Below are positions 27,076-37,968 of a DNA stretch of 64,000 bases, in pieces. Made by a program: the position numbers and the translations under genes. The stretch spans positions 682,001 through 746,000 of the forward strand of contig MU058463.1 of NCBI GenBank assembly GCA_013265495.1, in the 5' to 3' direction. The stretch comes from Vicugna vicugna (Eukaryota). Below the pieces are notes generated by a model. The model worked only from the letters and a program-made list of their open reading frames with translations. It did no database searches and was not told the origin of the DNA. Each line of letters opens with the position of its first letter. Position 1 is the stretch's first letter.

Positions 27076-27811
27076 AGGAAAACCTGAGGCAGAAATGACC
27101 CTTATTCCTCAACCTAGAAGTCTGGAGGGAGGAAGAGAGGCTGTGCAAATAGGTTACCTGAGGTGAGGACAGAAGGGTAGTATTAGACCAGGATGACAGC
27201 TGAAGAGGGAGAGCAGGAAGGAGAGGGTGGGGAATCTGTTGAAGACCCAGGAAAAACAAGCAGGGCTGGGGCTAAGATGGAAAGAGTGGAGCTCATGGGT
27301 AGGAATCTGTTTCAGTTGCTCTTTGGTCAGCTGGTTCCACTGGAGCCCTTTCTGGTACTGAAAATAGCAAACTATTGTCACTGCTCCTATGGCCAAAACC
27401 AGCAGTCCATTAGTCTCTGTGAAAGGAATGAAATGATAGCCCAAGTGCATCTATTGCCTGCGACCAGAAATACACAGACCCTCTTTTCATAGACCAAGAG
27501 GGCCACAGGTCCTGGAGCTCCTCTCTCCAGTCATTGAGAATGGGATCCAGACCTGTGGCTAGATTTCCTCCCTGTTCCACACCACCTTGGCATTCACACT
27601 GTGTAACACAGCTGCGCCATACCCAGCCTTCTGAGCAGATAGGACCTTAAAATCATAGTTGCAGTAGAATCTTTAAAGAAATGTGACAAAGACTGCCTGG
27701 TTGACCAGTGCTGATGGTATTGGGGCAGTGGGGCTGCAGGCTTTAGCTGGGTGAACCTCCATCATGAACCCCTGAAGTCTTCTTGACTCAAGTAGCCCTA
27801 AAGAGAGAGCT
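27076..27811 (-). pseudogene. RNF167: Processed pseudogene of RNF167 (PA-TM-RING E3 ligase), 5'-truncated, RING domain missing
   Basis: Minus-strand translation: [121 protein letters not shown], then [23 protein letters not shown] (TAA at 27183-27185) and 3'UTR (ACCTATTTGCACAG). It is collinear with the recalled RNF167 protein, has no introns, and carries stops at ~27673 and ~27559 plus frameshifts. Confidence 0.93.
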
Positions 27812-28184
27812 TTATCTTGGCTCTTTACCATGAAAACCTTGTGGAGTATCTGGGGATGAAACCCATGAAAGTGCGGGAGCCTTCTAAGACATGGCCTCTA
27901 TGAGTTTCTCACTCTCACACTTTATATTCTGCTTCCAACAATTGGTCAAAGTTACATTTAAGTGTCCTGTCAGATCCAGTAACTCCACTCAGTAAGGTGA
28001 CTTTAGCTATGATTCTGTGTGTTGGCCTCTGTCAAGATTTTCAGGTGATGGTTTTCACTGTGACCTCAGTTGTCTCATGCCTCCATGACAGGTTGATTTT
28101 CAGGGTTCTTTCCTTTATAAACTTTTTAAGGATAGGAGTGATAACTTCCAAAGCTATTTATATGTCAAAGCTGGCACCAGAAGT
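27812..28184 (-). mobile_element. L1MC/MD-type 5'UTR start
   Basis: GATAGGAGTGATAACTTCCAAAGCTATTTATATGTCAAAGCTGGCACCAGAAGT and GAAAACCTTGTGGAG...AAACCCATGAAAGTG are the antisense L1M 5' end. Confidence 0.7.
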
Positions 28185-29478
28185 TTCCCAAAGTCACTTT
28201 CCTCATTTTAGTTTGTGAGTCTAATACTTGTTTACAAACATAGATATATCATCAGTCTTCCTCACAAATTTACCAGTATACTTTTTTTTCAGAATGTAAT
28301 TGAACAACATATATAAAATAGTATTATCTTCTGAATACAAATTCTTCATAGTGGTACAGTGATCCTGTAAAAGCCAGAGAAAATTAACTAATAGACATGT
28401 AGACAAAGTAATAGAGTACACGTGGAGAGAAATAAAACTCCTATCAGCCTGAAGTTAGATATCTGATACATAAAAATCAAAAACAAAAACAAAACCCCAA
28501 ACCAAACATACTAGTGTGCTGCAATAAAATAAGAGAAACCACATAAATCTAATACCACAGATAAAAACAATCCTAAAAAGAAAAGTAGGTGTATTTATTT
28601 GATAGGTTTTTGGAATTGAAATATATATATGATGGAATACAAAATGAATTTAGAACTTCTGTCAAACTTTTCTTCAAATGAATTCTCTAGATAACAAAAG
28701 ATGATGATAAGAGCAAATTAAAATGAATAGCACAATTACTGCATTTTCCATTTTAGGTAAATTTTTGTCTTTTACCTGATGACTCATCATTGACTTAAAA
28801 ATATAAAACAAATTAAAAGTGCAAGCAACAATAATGTTTCTACTAAATTCAATACATATCTACTTTGTCTCTTCATCATGTTCCCAACATTATTTGTTAA
28901 GCTCATTTTCCTTTACCTGTAAATATAATTTATCACTTGATTGTAGAGTAATCACAGGTAATTTTAAAGCAAAACTGTCTCTAAACTGTCACAGGATTAA
29001 TATTTATATTTAAACATATATAGGAACACTTAGGGGAAAATAAGCTCCAAAGCTAGAGGGGTTTAAATAGACAGTGCATTAAAAAAAACAGGAAATGTGG
29101 AGAATTAAGTGAAATAAAGCACTCTTAAACTATCCAAAAATGGCATCTGCTTCTCTGCTTCTGGTAATTGCTACTATAATTACTTTTAAAGAGATGCCAT
29201 AAAAATCTAGACTTTTGATTTGAAGTGCTATATCAATATTTTTAACACAATATAGGTGAAATAAAGTATATCTATTGGTTGAATTTGAATCAAAACAAAA
29301 ACAATTAACTTCAGAATACATAGTCCTAGTAGAGGATGATAAATCATAAATTATTAATTCAGAAAGTGTTATATTACACATGAATAAAATATGACTTTTA
29401 AAAAAATAATTTTGGGATCAGAAATAATTTGAAAACCAAGATAAAAAATTCAGAATCTATATAGCTATCATTTCCAAT

Positions 29479-29874
29479 TGTGGTAGACATTACTGATGTT
29501 CACTGCTATCTTTTTCTTTCTGAGTTCACAGAAAACCTATTTTCCTAGACCCTTTATATTGAAAAGGAGCCACAGGGGTAGTTCTTTTCAGTGAAACACA
29601 ACTGACAGATATATGTATAGTATATGGCCTAAGACCGTGAATGTTCCTAAGTAAATCACCAGTCTCCCTTTCTCCTGCCATGGATAATTTGGAATGCTTA
29701 TGTTTCAATAATGGAGCACCAAGACTAAAATACCTTGGTTTGAGTCCCTGGAGATTTGCCAAAACCTGCTGAAGACTTTGGATGAGCAAGAAATTACCAT
29801 ACATTCTGTAAAGCCACTGATATTATAAGCTTATTTATTATTGTAGCATAAGTGACCCTAATCTGAAAAATACA
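29479..29874 (+). mobile_element. MLT1 (MLT1I/J-like) MaLR solo LTR
   Basis: TGTGGTAGAC ... GAGCAAGAAAT...AAGCCACTGA...TTGTAGCATAAG...AATACA, with TG..CA termini. Confidence 0.75.
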
Positions 29875-29899
29875 GCAACAAAGAGAACTGTGATATTTG

Positions 29900-32558
29900 T
29901 GAGGCAATTACTTTGACCAACTCACCAACTCAACATTCTCTAACATATTAATATTGAGAATGAAAATGAAGATATCCATTGGTACAGATTCTGCAGATAT
30001 AGAAAAGATAAAGAACTTTAGGAACAGCAAATTTGGTAATGTTCATAGCACACAACAAATTGGAAAGAAGAAATGAGGACAAATTTGAAAAATCATCTTT
30101 AAAGCAATATGAAGTCTAAAAGGTTTCACTGGTGAAATATTTTTGAAATTAAAATTTTCACTGATTTTTCCCCAAAATTAATAACCCATAATTCAGGAAC
30201 TTTTCCAAATAATATTAAAAAAATTTCTTAATTCTTATCATAAAACCATAATTAACTTAGTACAAAACTTAATAAGGCATTACAAGAAAGAAAATTACAA
30301 GACCAAATATTTCCTGCTTGTATATGCCAAAAATTCTTATGAGATATTGTTAAATCAAATCATCTGTAATACATTATAAACAAGTGGAATTTAATCTAGA
30401 GAAACAAAAAACATTTAACATTTGAAAATAATTGAAATCAAATAATGTAAACAATTAATGGAAAAGAAAGGGGAACTCATATGATCATAGAGGCAGAAAA
30501 AGTGTACAACAGTCAACACATTAATTATACATATTTTAAAAAACACAGTAAACTAGAAATAAGAAGGAGATTCCTTAAAATATAAACGATATCTAAAAGA
30601 AAACTCTAGAATATATTATACTCAGTGGTGAAACATTTAACGCACATCCCCTCCAAAGATCCAGAATAAGATTAGGATACCTAATATAACCACTTTTTTT
30701 CAATACTGTTATGTAGGTGCTAGTCAATGCATATATAAATAAATACAAAACACGAATCTTAAAAAGAAAAACTAAAACTTCCCTAATTACACAGAACATT
30801 ATAGTATACCTAGAAGATTCAAAAAAATACTTATAAACATATAACAATCTAAATTAATAAGTGAATATAGCCAAGTCACTTCATAAGATATTAATATACA
30901 AAAATTAATTTTGTTTATGCTGTGTACAGACAAGATAAAATTTAATTAAAGTTACCATTTACACTAGAAGGAAAATAACAGATTTGTTGTAATAAATCTA
31001 ATTAAAAAATGATGAAAGTGCTCTTCACTGAAAATTACAAAATACTATTGAAAGAAATAAAACAAGACCTTGACAAATGGAGTCATGAATCAGTAAGCTC
31101 AATATTCTAAAGCTGTCAGTTGTTCCCAAATAATTCCCAACATATAATCCCTCAGGCTTTGTTTATGAGTGTATGTGTATGTCTCTGCATGCATGTTTGT
31201 GAATTAAAAGCTGATTTTTAAATCACATGGAAATGCAAAGTCTGGAGTGAGAACAGATACAGTAATCCTAAGGAGTAAAAACATGGCTAAAGGAGTGATA
31301 CTACAAGATATTAAGACCTATTATTAGTTAAGATAATTAAGATAGAAAGGGAAGTGTGAAAGAACAGAAAAACTGAAGAGTCATAAATTTGCACATGAAG
31401 GGTCACTTGTGTTGTAACAAAGGGAACAACACACACACATTGGAGAAAGGATTGTCTTTTTAGTAAATGGTGCTGTTATCACCTGGAAAAAACATTTTGT
31501 GATGCCTATTTTCTCACACACATGGAAATAAACACTAGATGGATGGTGTGATATAATTGTAGAAGACAAAACAAAAGTTTATAAAAATTGTAAGGGAAAC
31601 TTCAAGATTGTGGAATGAAATCTTCCCTAAATGGGTGTGTCTCTATGCACATTAGAGAAATAATCCCTAAATGGATGTGTCTCTATGCACATTAAAATTA
31701 TAAACTTCTGGTTACCAAGTGATAACATTAAGAGAATAAATAAGCAACCCTCAGACTGAAAAGATACGTGAAATGTATTCTTATTTAACAAAGGACTTAA
31801 TTCAGAATTACACAAACTTCTTACAAAAAATAAGAAGATATAAATATTAATAGAAATACAGTTAGAAACTTTACAATTTATATAAAAAAGTCCCTAACTT
31901 TTATAAACATAATGGAACATATAAGTGGCCAATAAACATGAAAAGAAACTCATTATCATTAGTCATCAGGGGAATGCAAATTAAAACAACAGTATAACAC
32001 TACACACCCACCAAAATGGCTAATATGAAGAAGAATAAAAATGCCTAGGGTTGAAGAGGATATTGAGCAACTATTATTCTCAAATACTGATGTTTGTAGG
32101 GAATTTGAATTAGTACAATCACTTTAGAAGTTTGTTAGGCAGAAGTGCATATCCTATGAATCTTATGATTTTACTACTAGATATAAACTCAAAAGGAATG
32201 TTATGTTTGTCAAAAAGCATGCATTAAAATGGTCATGTCAGCACTACTCATAACAACCCCAAATGGAAATTGTCTCAATGTACAGCAGTGGTAGCATGGA
32301 TATATAAGTTTTGCTATATTCCCAAATTTAATACTATTCAGCATCGGAAATGAACAATCTACAATATGCAGCAATATGGATGTGTGTCATCAACACAATT
32401 TCTAGCAAAAGAAGTCAGATACAAATGAGAATATACTGGTTGATTCTGCTTATCTGACTACACATAGTTAATTTTCTAGAACTCAGGATATTGGAAGAAA
32501 TCAGCACACACCTGGAGTGCTGGTGTTCTGTTGCTTAATTTGGGTACTAGTTACACCA
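29900..32558 (+). mobile_element. Old L1 (ORF2 through 3'UTR); continues at 35976-36075 after the ERV
   Basis: AGGTTTCACTGGTGAA (GFTGE), GAGGCAGAAAAAG (DAEK) and CATTAGTCATCAGGGGAATGCAAATTAAAAC motifs. The 3'UTR GTTACAC|...|CAGGTGTT is split by the ERV. Confidence 0.8.
31624..31694 (+). repeat. 40-bp-period tandem duplication inside L1
   Basis: TCCCTAAATGG(G/A)TGTGTCTCTATGCACATTA twice, one mismatch. Confidence 0.9.
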
Positions 32559-33040
32559 TGTTTGGAGGCAGTCTTCTATGAGCCTCTTTTACCTGTATCC
32601 ATCTTGCAAATTGTTTCAAGGTTACAAGCCCTGAGCATAGGGAAGCTTTACCACTCTCAATAATACATACAGAGATGCAAGTTTACAACAAGCGTGAAAT
32701 GAGAGGAGTTCATGAGTGCTACAGCCACATCACTACAGCATCTGCTAGTTCACCCAGGCCATGCACATATGAGACTCAGTAAGAAGGAATGACAGCAGGT
32801 GGACTGCCTTACTGCTCAGCCAGCCTTTCCTGTAGTTTATCGTGCCAATCTTTGATCCTTTTCGCAATGGTATTAAAACCTCTCAAAATTGTGATCTTGG
32901 CTGCTATGAGGGAGCTTTGGCTGGTTCAGAAGATTTTCATGAGACAGGCAAACTTCTATGGGAAACAAAAGATGAAGCATTGACTGCTATTTAGCCTCTT
33001 AATGTCCCTAAATTTTTCTCTAATGTTGATGAAACTGACC

Positions 33041-33062
33041 TGTGTGTGTGTGTGTGTGTGTG
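33041..33062. repeat. (TG)n microsatellite
   Basis: Direct read. Confidence 0.95.
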
Positions 33063-33649
33063 AATATATTTGCCTCCCCAGATCCTGATTCCTCTCTCTA
33101 GCCTGAACTCATCTGCTATAAAGGAAAATATGTATGCAGTCCCCTTGTCTTCAATGGTGAGACTGAAATTTCACCTATCACCATCAGATATTCTGGGAAC
33201 TCCAGAGAAAGGGATGGGGGACATGGATTTTCATGACTGGTGAAATCAAGTGCACTAATTACTATCTTATCTGGTTCCATAGGAGGAAAGGGCACCCAAA
33301 TCAAATAGATGGGGCTTAGAAGGAGCCCATTGTAAGGAATGAATGTAAAATTGACTATTGTTTTGACCCTCTAGCTAAATGGATAATAGAGTTCATGTGC
33401 TACATGTTTGCACTTTCTCATCTTGTATGTATCAGAGGGGATTATTCCATTCAGCAATGGCTGTATGAAGACATAGTAAAGCATGTAGGTCTCTCTACAA
33501 GCTTACTTTCTAACCTCTCCCGGTAACCCTGAAGAAATAAGAGATAATCACAGGAGAAAGGTCATACTTTTGCAGCCCAGGTACTGAGAAACCATTTTCC
33601 AGAATAAAGGTATAATCTTCCCAATGTAACCACCAAGTATTCTTCTTTT

Positions 33650-34310
33650 GAACCAGCTGAATGCATGCTGCATGCAGACTTTGTGAGTTTCCCACCTGAT
33701 ATCTACGTTTTTGGGTGGGTCACTTTAAATTCTACAAGTAACAAAGTGGGTCCTTCAAGCTTTGCTTGTCAAGTAGAAATTGTAGTTTCAAGAGAGCAGC
33801 TGAATTGGCAGCATTTTAAATTTACATAAAAAAGTGAAAGCTACCCCTTTGGGGAAATCCTTATTTCTCATTTCACTGCCTTAAGTAGAACTACTGGCTC
33901 AATGAGGCTTTCCATTGACAGAGATTTCTCTAAATCCCTGTGCCTAGTTCACTGACTGCTCATCTATGTTGAAATATGATGGTGTGCATTGTACTGCTAT
34001 GGAAAACCATCTGTGCAAAATCAGCATCCACTATGTATAACCAAAAACCAATATTGTATCTCCACTCAGTTGGCAGAAGTTAAAGTAATTCATACTCAGG
34101 CCAGTACTTTCCTTGGTGAACTTTGGGATATTTTTATTATCTCCTGGGTTCTTGCCTATAGCCTAGCTGTCTGATCTGCCATTTGGGAAACTATAGACTG
34201 ACAAATTTAAGACATTTCTCTTTGAAGCTATAAACTGTAGGGGAAAAAAAAATCCCTGCTGCCATACAGAAAGTCTGGGTCACAAATGTAGATGCTCGTG
34301 GTAAGGCCAT
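33650..34310 (+). pseudogene. ERVL-like pol remnant (RT connection/tether and RNase H)
   Basis: VFGWVTLNSTSNKVG..LVK*KL*FQE resembles ERVL IMNWVLSDPPSHKVG..IIKWKWYI. A*FTDCS (33942-33962) resembles WFTDGS, STQLAEVKVI resembles SSQWAEL, and ISWVLAYSLAV*SAIW resembles DSWAVANGLAGWSGTW. VWVTNVDA also present. Confidence 0.8.
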
Positions 34311-34619
34311 GTTCTCTAATGGGACCAACTGGAGTCAAGCCTCCCTCTAACTAAAGAAATTCCTACGAGGAAACTCTAGTAACTATAAATGACACTTTCA
34401 TTCTGGGCGCACCTTGTGTACCACCATTACTATACCTCTTGAGTAGAATCCTGGCACAAACTTTCCTGATCCCAAAGCCATAGATTGCACATTATTGTGG
34501 TCATATGAGACCTTCACATTTTTAAGGAATTCATATCAGTAGCCCTAAGACACCTCCTCAATCTCTCCAACACAAGGTGATCCTTAAACTACTCTAGGAA
34601 ACTCCCTGGAGTAATAACT

Positions 34620-35450
34620 GAGTCATTATTTATGCACATTCTGTGGGAGTTCATTGCTATGATAGGATCATCTAATTAGAAAAAGTAATAAGAAGGTTTC
34701 TCTGACGTTAGCTTACATTATCAGTGACACCACCTTGGCCTTGGAAGGCATTCTCCTCAGCCTAATTCACTAGCCAGAGTGGTTATAGATGACAGACTTA
34801 GATTAGACTTCCTCCTTGCAGGTCAGGGCTGAGTCAGTGCAATCAATAATAAATTCTGATGTACCTGGGTTATGCCTTGGGGGCAAATGGAAGGTCAAAA
34901 CAGAGATCTAAGAAGAAAGCCTCCTGGTTTTTCTAAGGTAGACTCAATGATTTCTGTAATTTGTTTTTTTGTTTGTTTGTTTGTTTTTGTTTTTGTTTTC
35001 CATCTGGTTGAGCATAGAATCCTGCAGGGCATGGTTGAGGAAAATACTATTTGTTGGTGTATAGGCTGAATGTTTGTGTACCCCCCGAATTTATATATAT
35101 TGAAATACTCTGCTCAATGAGATGATACTAAGAGGTTAGCCCTCATGATGAGATTAATGCCCTTATGAAAAGGGCCTAAGAGAGCTTGTCCCCAGTGTGA
35201 GGGTGCAATGGGAAGTCTTAAACCTGGAAGAGAATCCTCACCTGACCATACTGCTACCCTGGTGTCAAACTTCCAGCCTCCCAAATGGTAAGAAATTAAT
35301 TCCTGTTCCTTATAAATCAGCTAGGCTGTGATATTTTGTTATAGCAGCCAGAACAGGCTAGGACAGGTGACCTCATTTTAGTTCTTGCAGTCCTGTTGAT
35401 AGGAACCCTAGTTAAATCCTATATGAGACAAGCTGAAAGGATTTGATTCT
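34620..35450 (+). pseudogene. Gamma-type env TM remnant (ISD, CX6CC, membrane anchor), split by MLT1A
   Basis: 34764-34871 translates NSLARVVIDDRLRLDFLLAGQG*VSAINNKF*CTWV (ISD plus decayed CX6CC), then KKKASWFSKVD. The anchor WLRKILFVG|LILVLAVLLIGTLVKSYMRQAERI spans the MLT1A insertion. Confidence 0.85.
35058..35365 (+). mobile_element. MLT1A-like MaLR solo LTR
   Basis: TGTATAGGCTGAATGTTTGTGTACCCCCC ... ATTTTGTTATAGCAGCCAGAACAGGCTAGGACA. Confidence 0.88.
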
Positions 35451-35547
35451 AGTTTCTGTTGGTCAGATTAATTACAGTGGTAAACAAAGTAACATACTAA
35501 TGTGAACATTTTCCAGAGGTCAAGACAGCATGCGACTCAGTGTGAGT

Positions 35548-35975
35548 TGCTGGGAAGAAGTCCACCACGAGCTTCTTGTGCTATACATGTCTTGCTGTGT
35601 GTATTGGGATTATAAGGCCCTGACTGCTTTGTAACCTGAGCCATTATTTAAGATTATATAAATCAGGTTTTGGAGAGATAAAATAATGTTTCTCTCTACA
35701 CAGAGACCAGGCTTGCCTCCTGCTTGTCATAACAACAGTGGATTTCTTTTGCTCAGAGTCTCTTTCTTGTGGTACAACCACTGCATATACACTCTTCAGT
35801 TGGCCCTCCACATTGCCCTGTGGGACTTGGAATTCAGGGATCCAGAGAAACTACACTAACCAATATGATTACTATGTTTTTGCTCTACGAATCTAGCATC
35901 TTCTATCAGCATCCATGTAACTGTGGTTGGGTGATGTATTAGCATCTAAATAGGGCAAAGGCAAGTCCCTTGACA
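35548..35975 (+). mobile_element. 3' LTR of the provirus (MER54/73/74-like ERVL group, tentative)
   Basis: TTGCCCTGTGGGACTTGG, CAGCATCCATGTAACTGTGG and a terminal TTGACA. Confidence 0.75.
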
Positions 35976-37169
35976 CAGGTGTTATCAGTTTGAAAATCAT
36001 CAATCTTTACTCTTACAGTACCTACATATTCCTATATATTAATGTACAGTAACTAATTTATAAAATTTAAACATAAATCAATTGTATAGATTTTTATGAT
36101 AAAATGAGAAGAAATTAAATATATGGTATACATTATGTTTATTATAGTTCAGTGTTTTTAAAAAATGCTTCAAGGATTTAATCTTCCCAGAAAGAAGAAA
36201 AGCACTAGTACTTATGAGATCTTATGACAGAGTCTGTCTCAGCAGTTCACCTTCTATCATATTAAATTCTATACATATACATTTTGTTTTACAAAGTAAA
36301 GATTGGATTTCTTCTTGTTTGTTGCATTATTAAATGTTAATTTGTCAGAAGAGAAAAAATACGATGAAAACAAAATGGCCCTAAATACCATTGCCCATAT
36401 AATATTTGTAGATAAAAAGCCACGAAAATACATAAGTGGTGGACACATACATATTTTTCACATGTGCACAAGGAATCAGACTCTGCACATCAGCTATTTT
36501 TACTTAATAATCTTGGAGATGTTAATACTTGCTGTAATTGTTTTTCATTGAATGGCTGCCAGGCAGATGATTTTATGCATATTTATTATTATTGTCACCT
36601 ACTGATGGACATACACATTATTTCTGGAGTTTACTATAACACAAGGAACAAAAATGTATTGGAGAAATTTCAGTTTCAATATTTCAGGTAAAATATTTCC
36701 TTGAAAATTGAATAAGTGGTCAAATTGAAATTAGGAGGACTCCTAATCTTGGGAGTTGAATATAATATATTGAGTTATTAGTGCTCTAAAATCAGTTGTG
36801 AAATGCCCTTCTTCAAAGCAGAGTAAAATCATTTCACTCTTTCAAAACACTTAATATACCTGAATATGAAGTTTTATAGCACTGACAGTATGTTATCTGC
36901 ACTAAAACATATTCTCATTTATATATTTTATGTATACATATATATATCACTTTACTTATTATTTTATTCTTTGTATTATTTATCCATTACTTTTAAATTA
37001 AATCTCTAAAAATGTCAGCTCTATCAGATTATGCCTAATTCAAGACATTTGTTAATTAACTTTAATTTGTATCAACATATTGCTTCTGAAACTGCAAGAT
37101 AAAAGTGAAAAAATATGTAGATAGTAATGAACAAACTAAAAATGAACTTAGGAAAGAATTTCATTTTTG

Positions 37170-37333
37170 ATTATGAAATTGGAAAAGTATCCTTTCAGGG
37201 TGATAAAAATATTTCAAAATGGATTGTGATGATTGTTGCACAACTCTGAATATAATTTTAAAAACTAAATTATAAACTTTAAATGGTTGAATTGTGTGGT
37301 GTGTCAATTACAGTTTCAGTAAAGACATTATAA
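37170..37333 (+). mobile_element. L1MB-like 3' end
   Basis: GGGTGATAAAAATATTTCAAAATGGATTGTGATGATTGTTGCACAACTCTGAATATA. Confidence 0.75.
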
Positions 37334-37374
37334 ACATCGGGTAAAAATATACAGGATAAGATAACTTATGCTAA

Positions 37375-37540
37375 TGTAATTGTTAACAGCATAGACTCTA
37401 AAGCATGAAGATCTCCATTCATTACCCAGTTCTGCTACTTACAAACTCTAATCTTTCTGTGTTTCTATAGGCTCTCTTTTGAGGAAATAGGAGGTGATAT
37501 TAATAAATATCAAGGAAATTTTTACATTATAAAAGAATAA
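37375..37540 (+). mobile_element. MIR fragment
   Basis: GTTAACAGCATAGACTCTAAAG...CCCAGTTCTGCTACTTAC. Confidence 0.45.
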
Positions 37541-37544
37541 CAAC

Positions 37545-37968
37545 AATATAGTCAGTTTACAATGTTGTGTCAATTTCCAGTATAGAACACAATTTTTCAG
37601 TTATACATGAACATACATATATTCATTGTTGCCTACTTTTTCACCATGAGCTACCACAAGATCTTGTATACATTTCCCTATGCAATACAGTATAATCTTG
37701 TTTATCTATTCTAAATATACCTGTCAGTATCTACAAATTTTGAACGCCCAGTCTGGACCTTCCCACCCACCTCCCCCGTGGCAACCACAGTTTCTATTCT
37801 ATGTCTTATAAGCCTGTTTCTGTTTTGTATTTGTGTTTATTTGTATTCTTCTTTTTTCTTTTCTGTTTTTTTTTTTTTTTTGATTCCACATATGAGCAAT
37901 CTCATGTGGTATTTTTCTTTCTCATTCTGGCTTACTTCACTTAGAATGACATTTTCCAGCTACATCCA
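37545..37968 (-). mobile_element. Lineage-specific (camelid/cetartiodactyl) L1 3' end
   Basis: TATAGTCAGTTTACAATGTTGTGTCAATTTCC...GATTCCACATATGAGC...CTTACTTCACTTAGAATGAC. Confidence 0.85.

Larger units (their letters stand above)
32559..35975 (+). mobile_element. Internally deleted class III (ERVL/HERV-S-like) provirus with env remnant
   Basis: Homologous LTR starts at 32559 (TGTTTGGAGGCAGTC..GAGCCTCTT) and 35548 (TGCTGGGAAGAAGTC..GAGCTTCTT). The 3' LTR ends TTGACA. Pro, pol and env remnants occur in the correct order between them. Confidence 0.82.

Noticed and set aside
27154..27450. 98-aa ORF as a functional RNF167-like gene
   Set aside because: It is only a fragment of a retrocopy. The upstream part has stops and frameshifts, and the frame shifts out of RNF167 after the RING deletion.
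27193..27492. 99-aa plus-strand ORF ([13 protein letters not shown]...)
   Set aside because: Antisense shadow of the RNF167 pseudogene.
34620..35450. Domesticated syncytin-like env gene
   Set aside because: Multiple stops and frameshifts, mutated cysteines, no recognisable SU, and an LTR insertion in the anchor.
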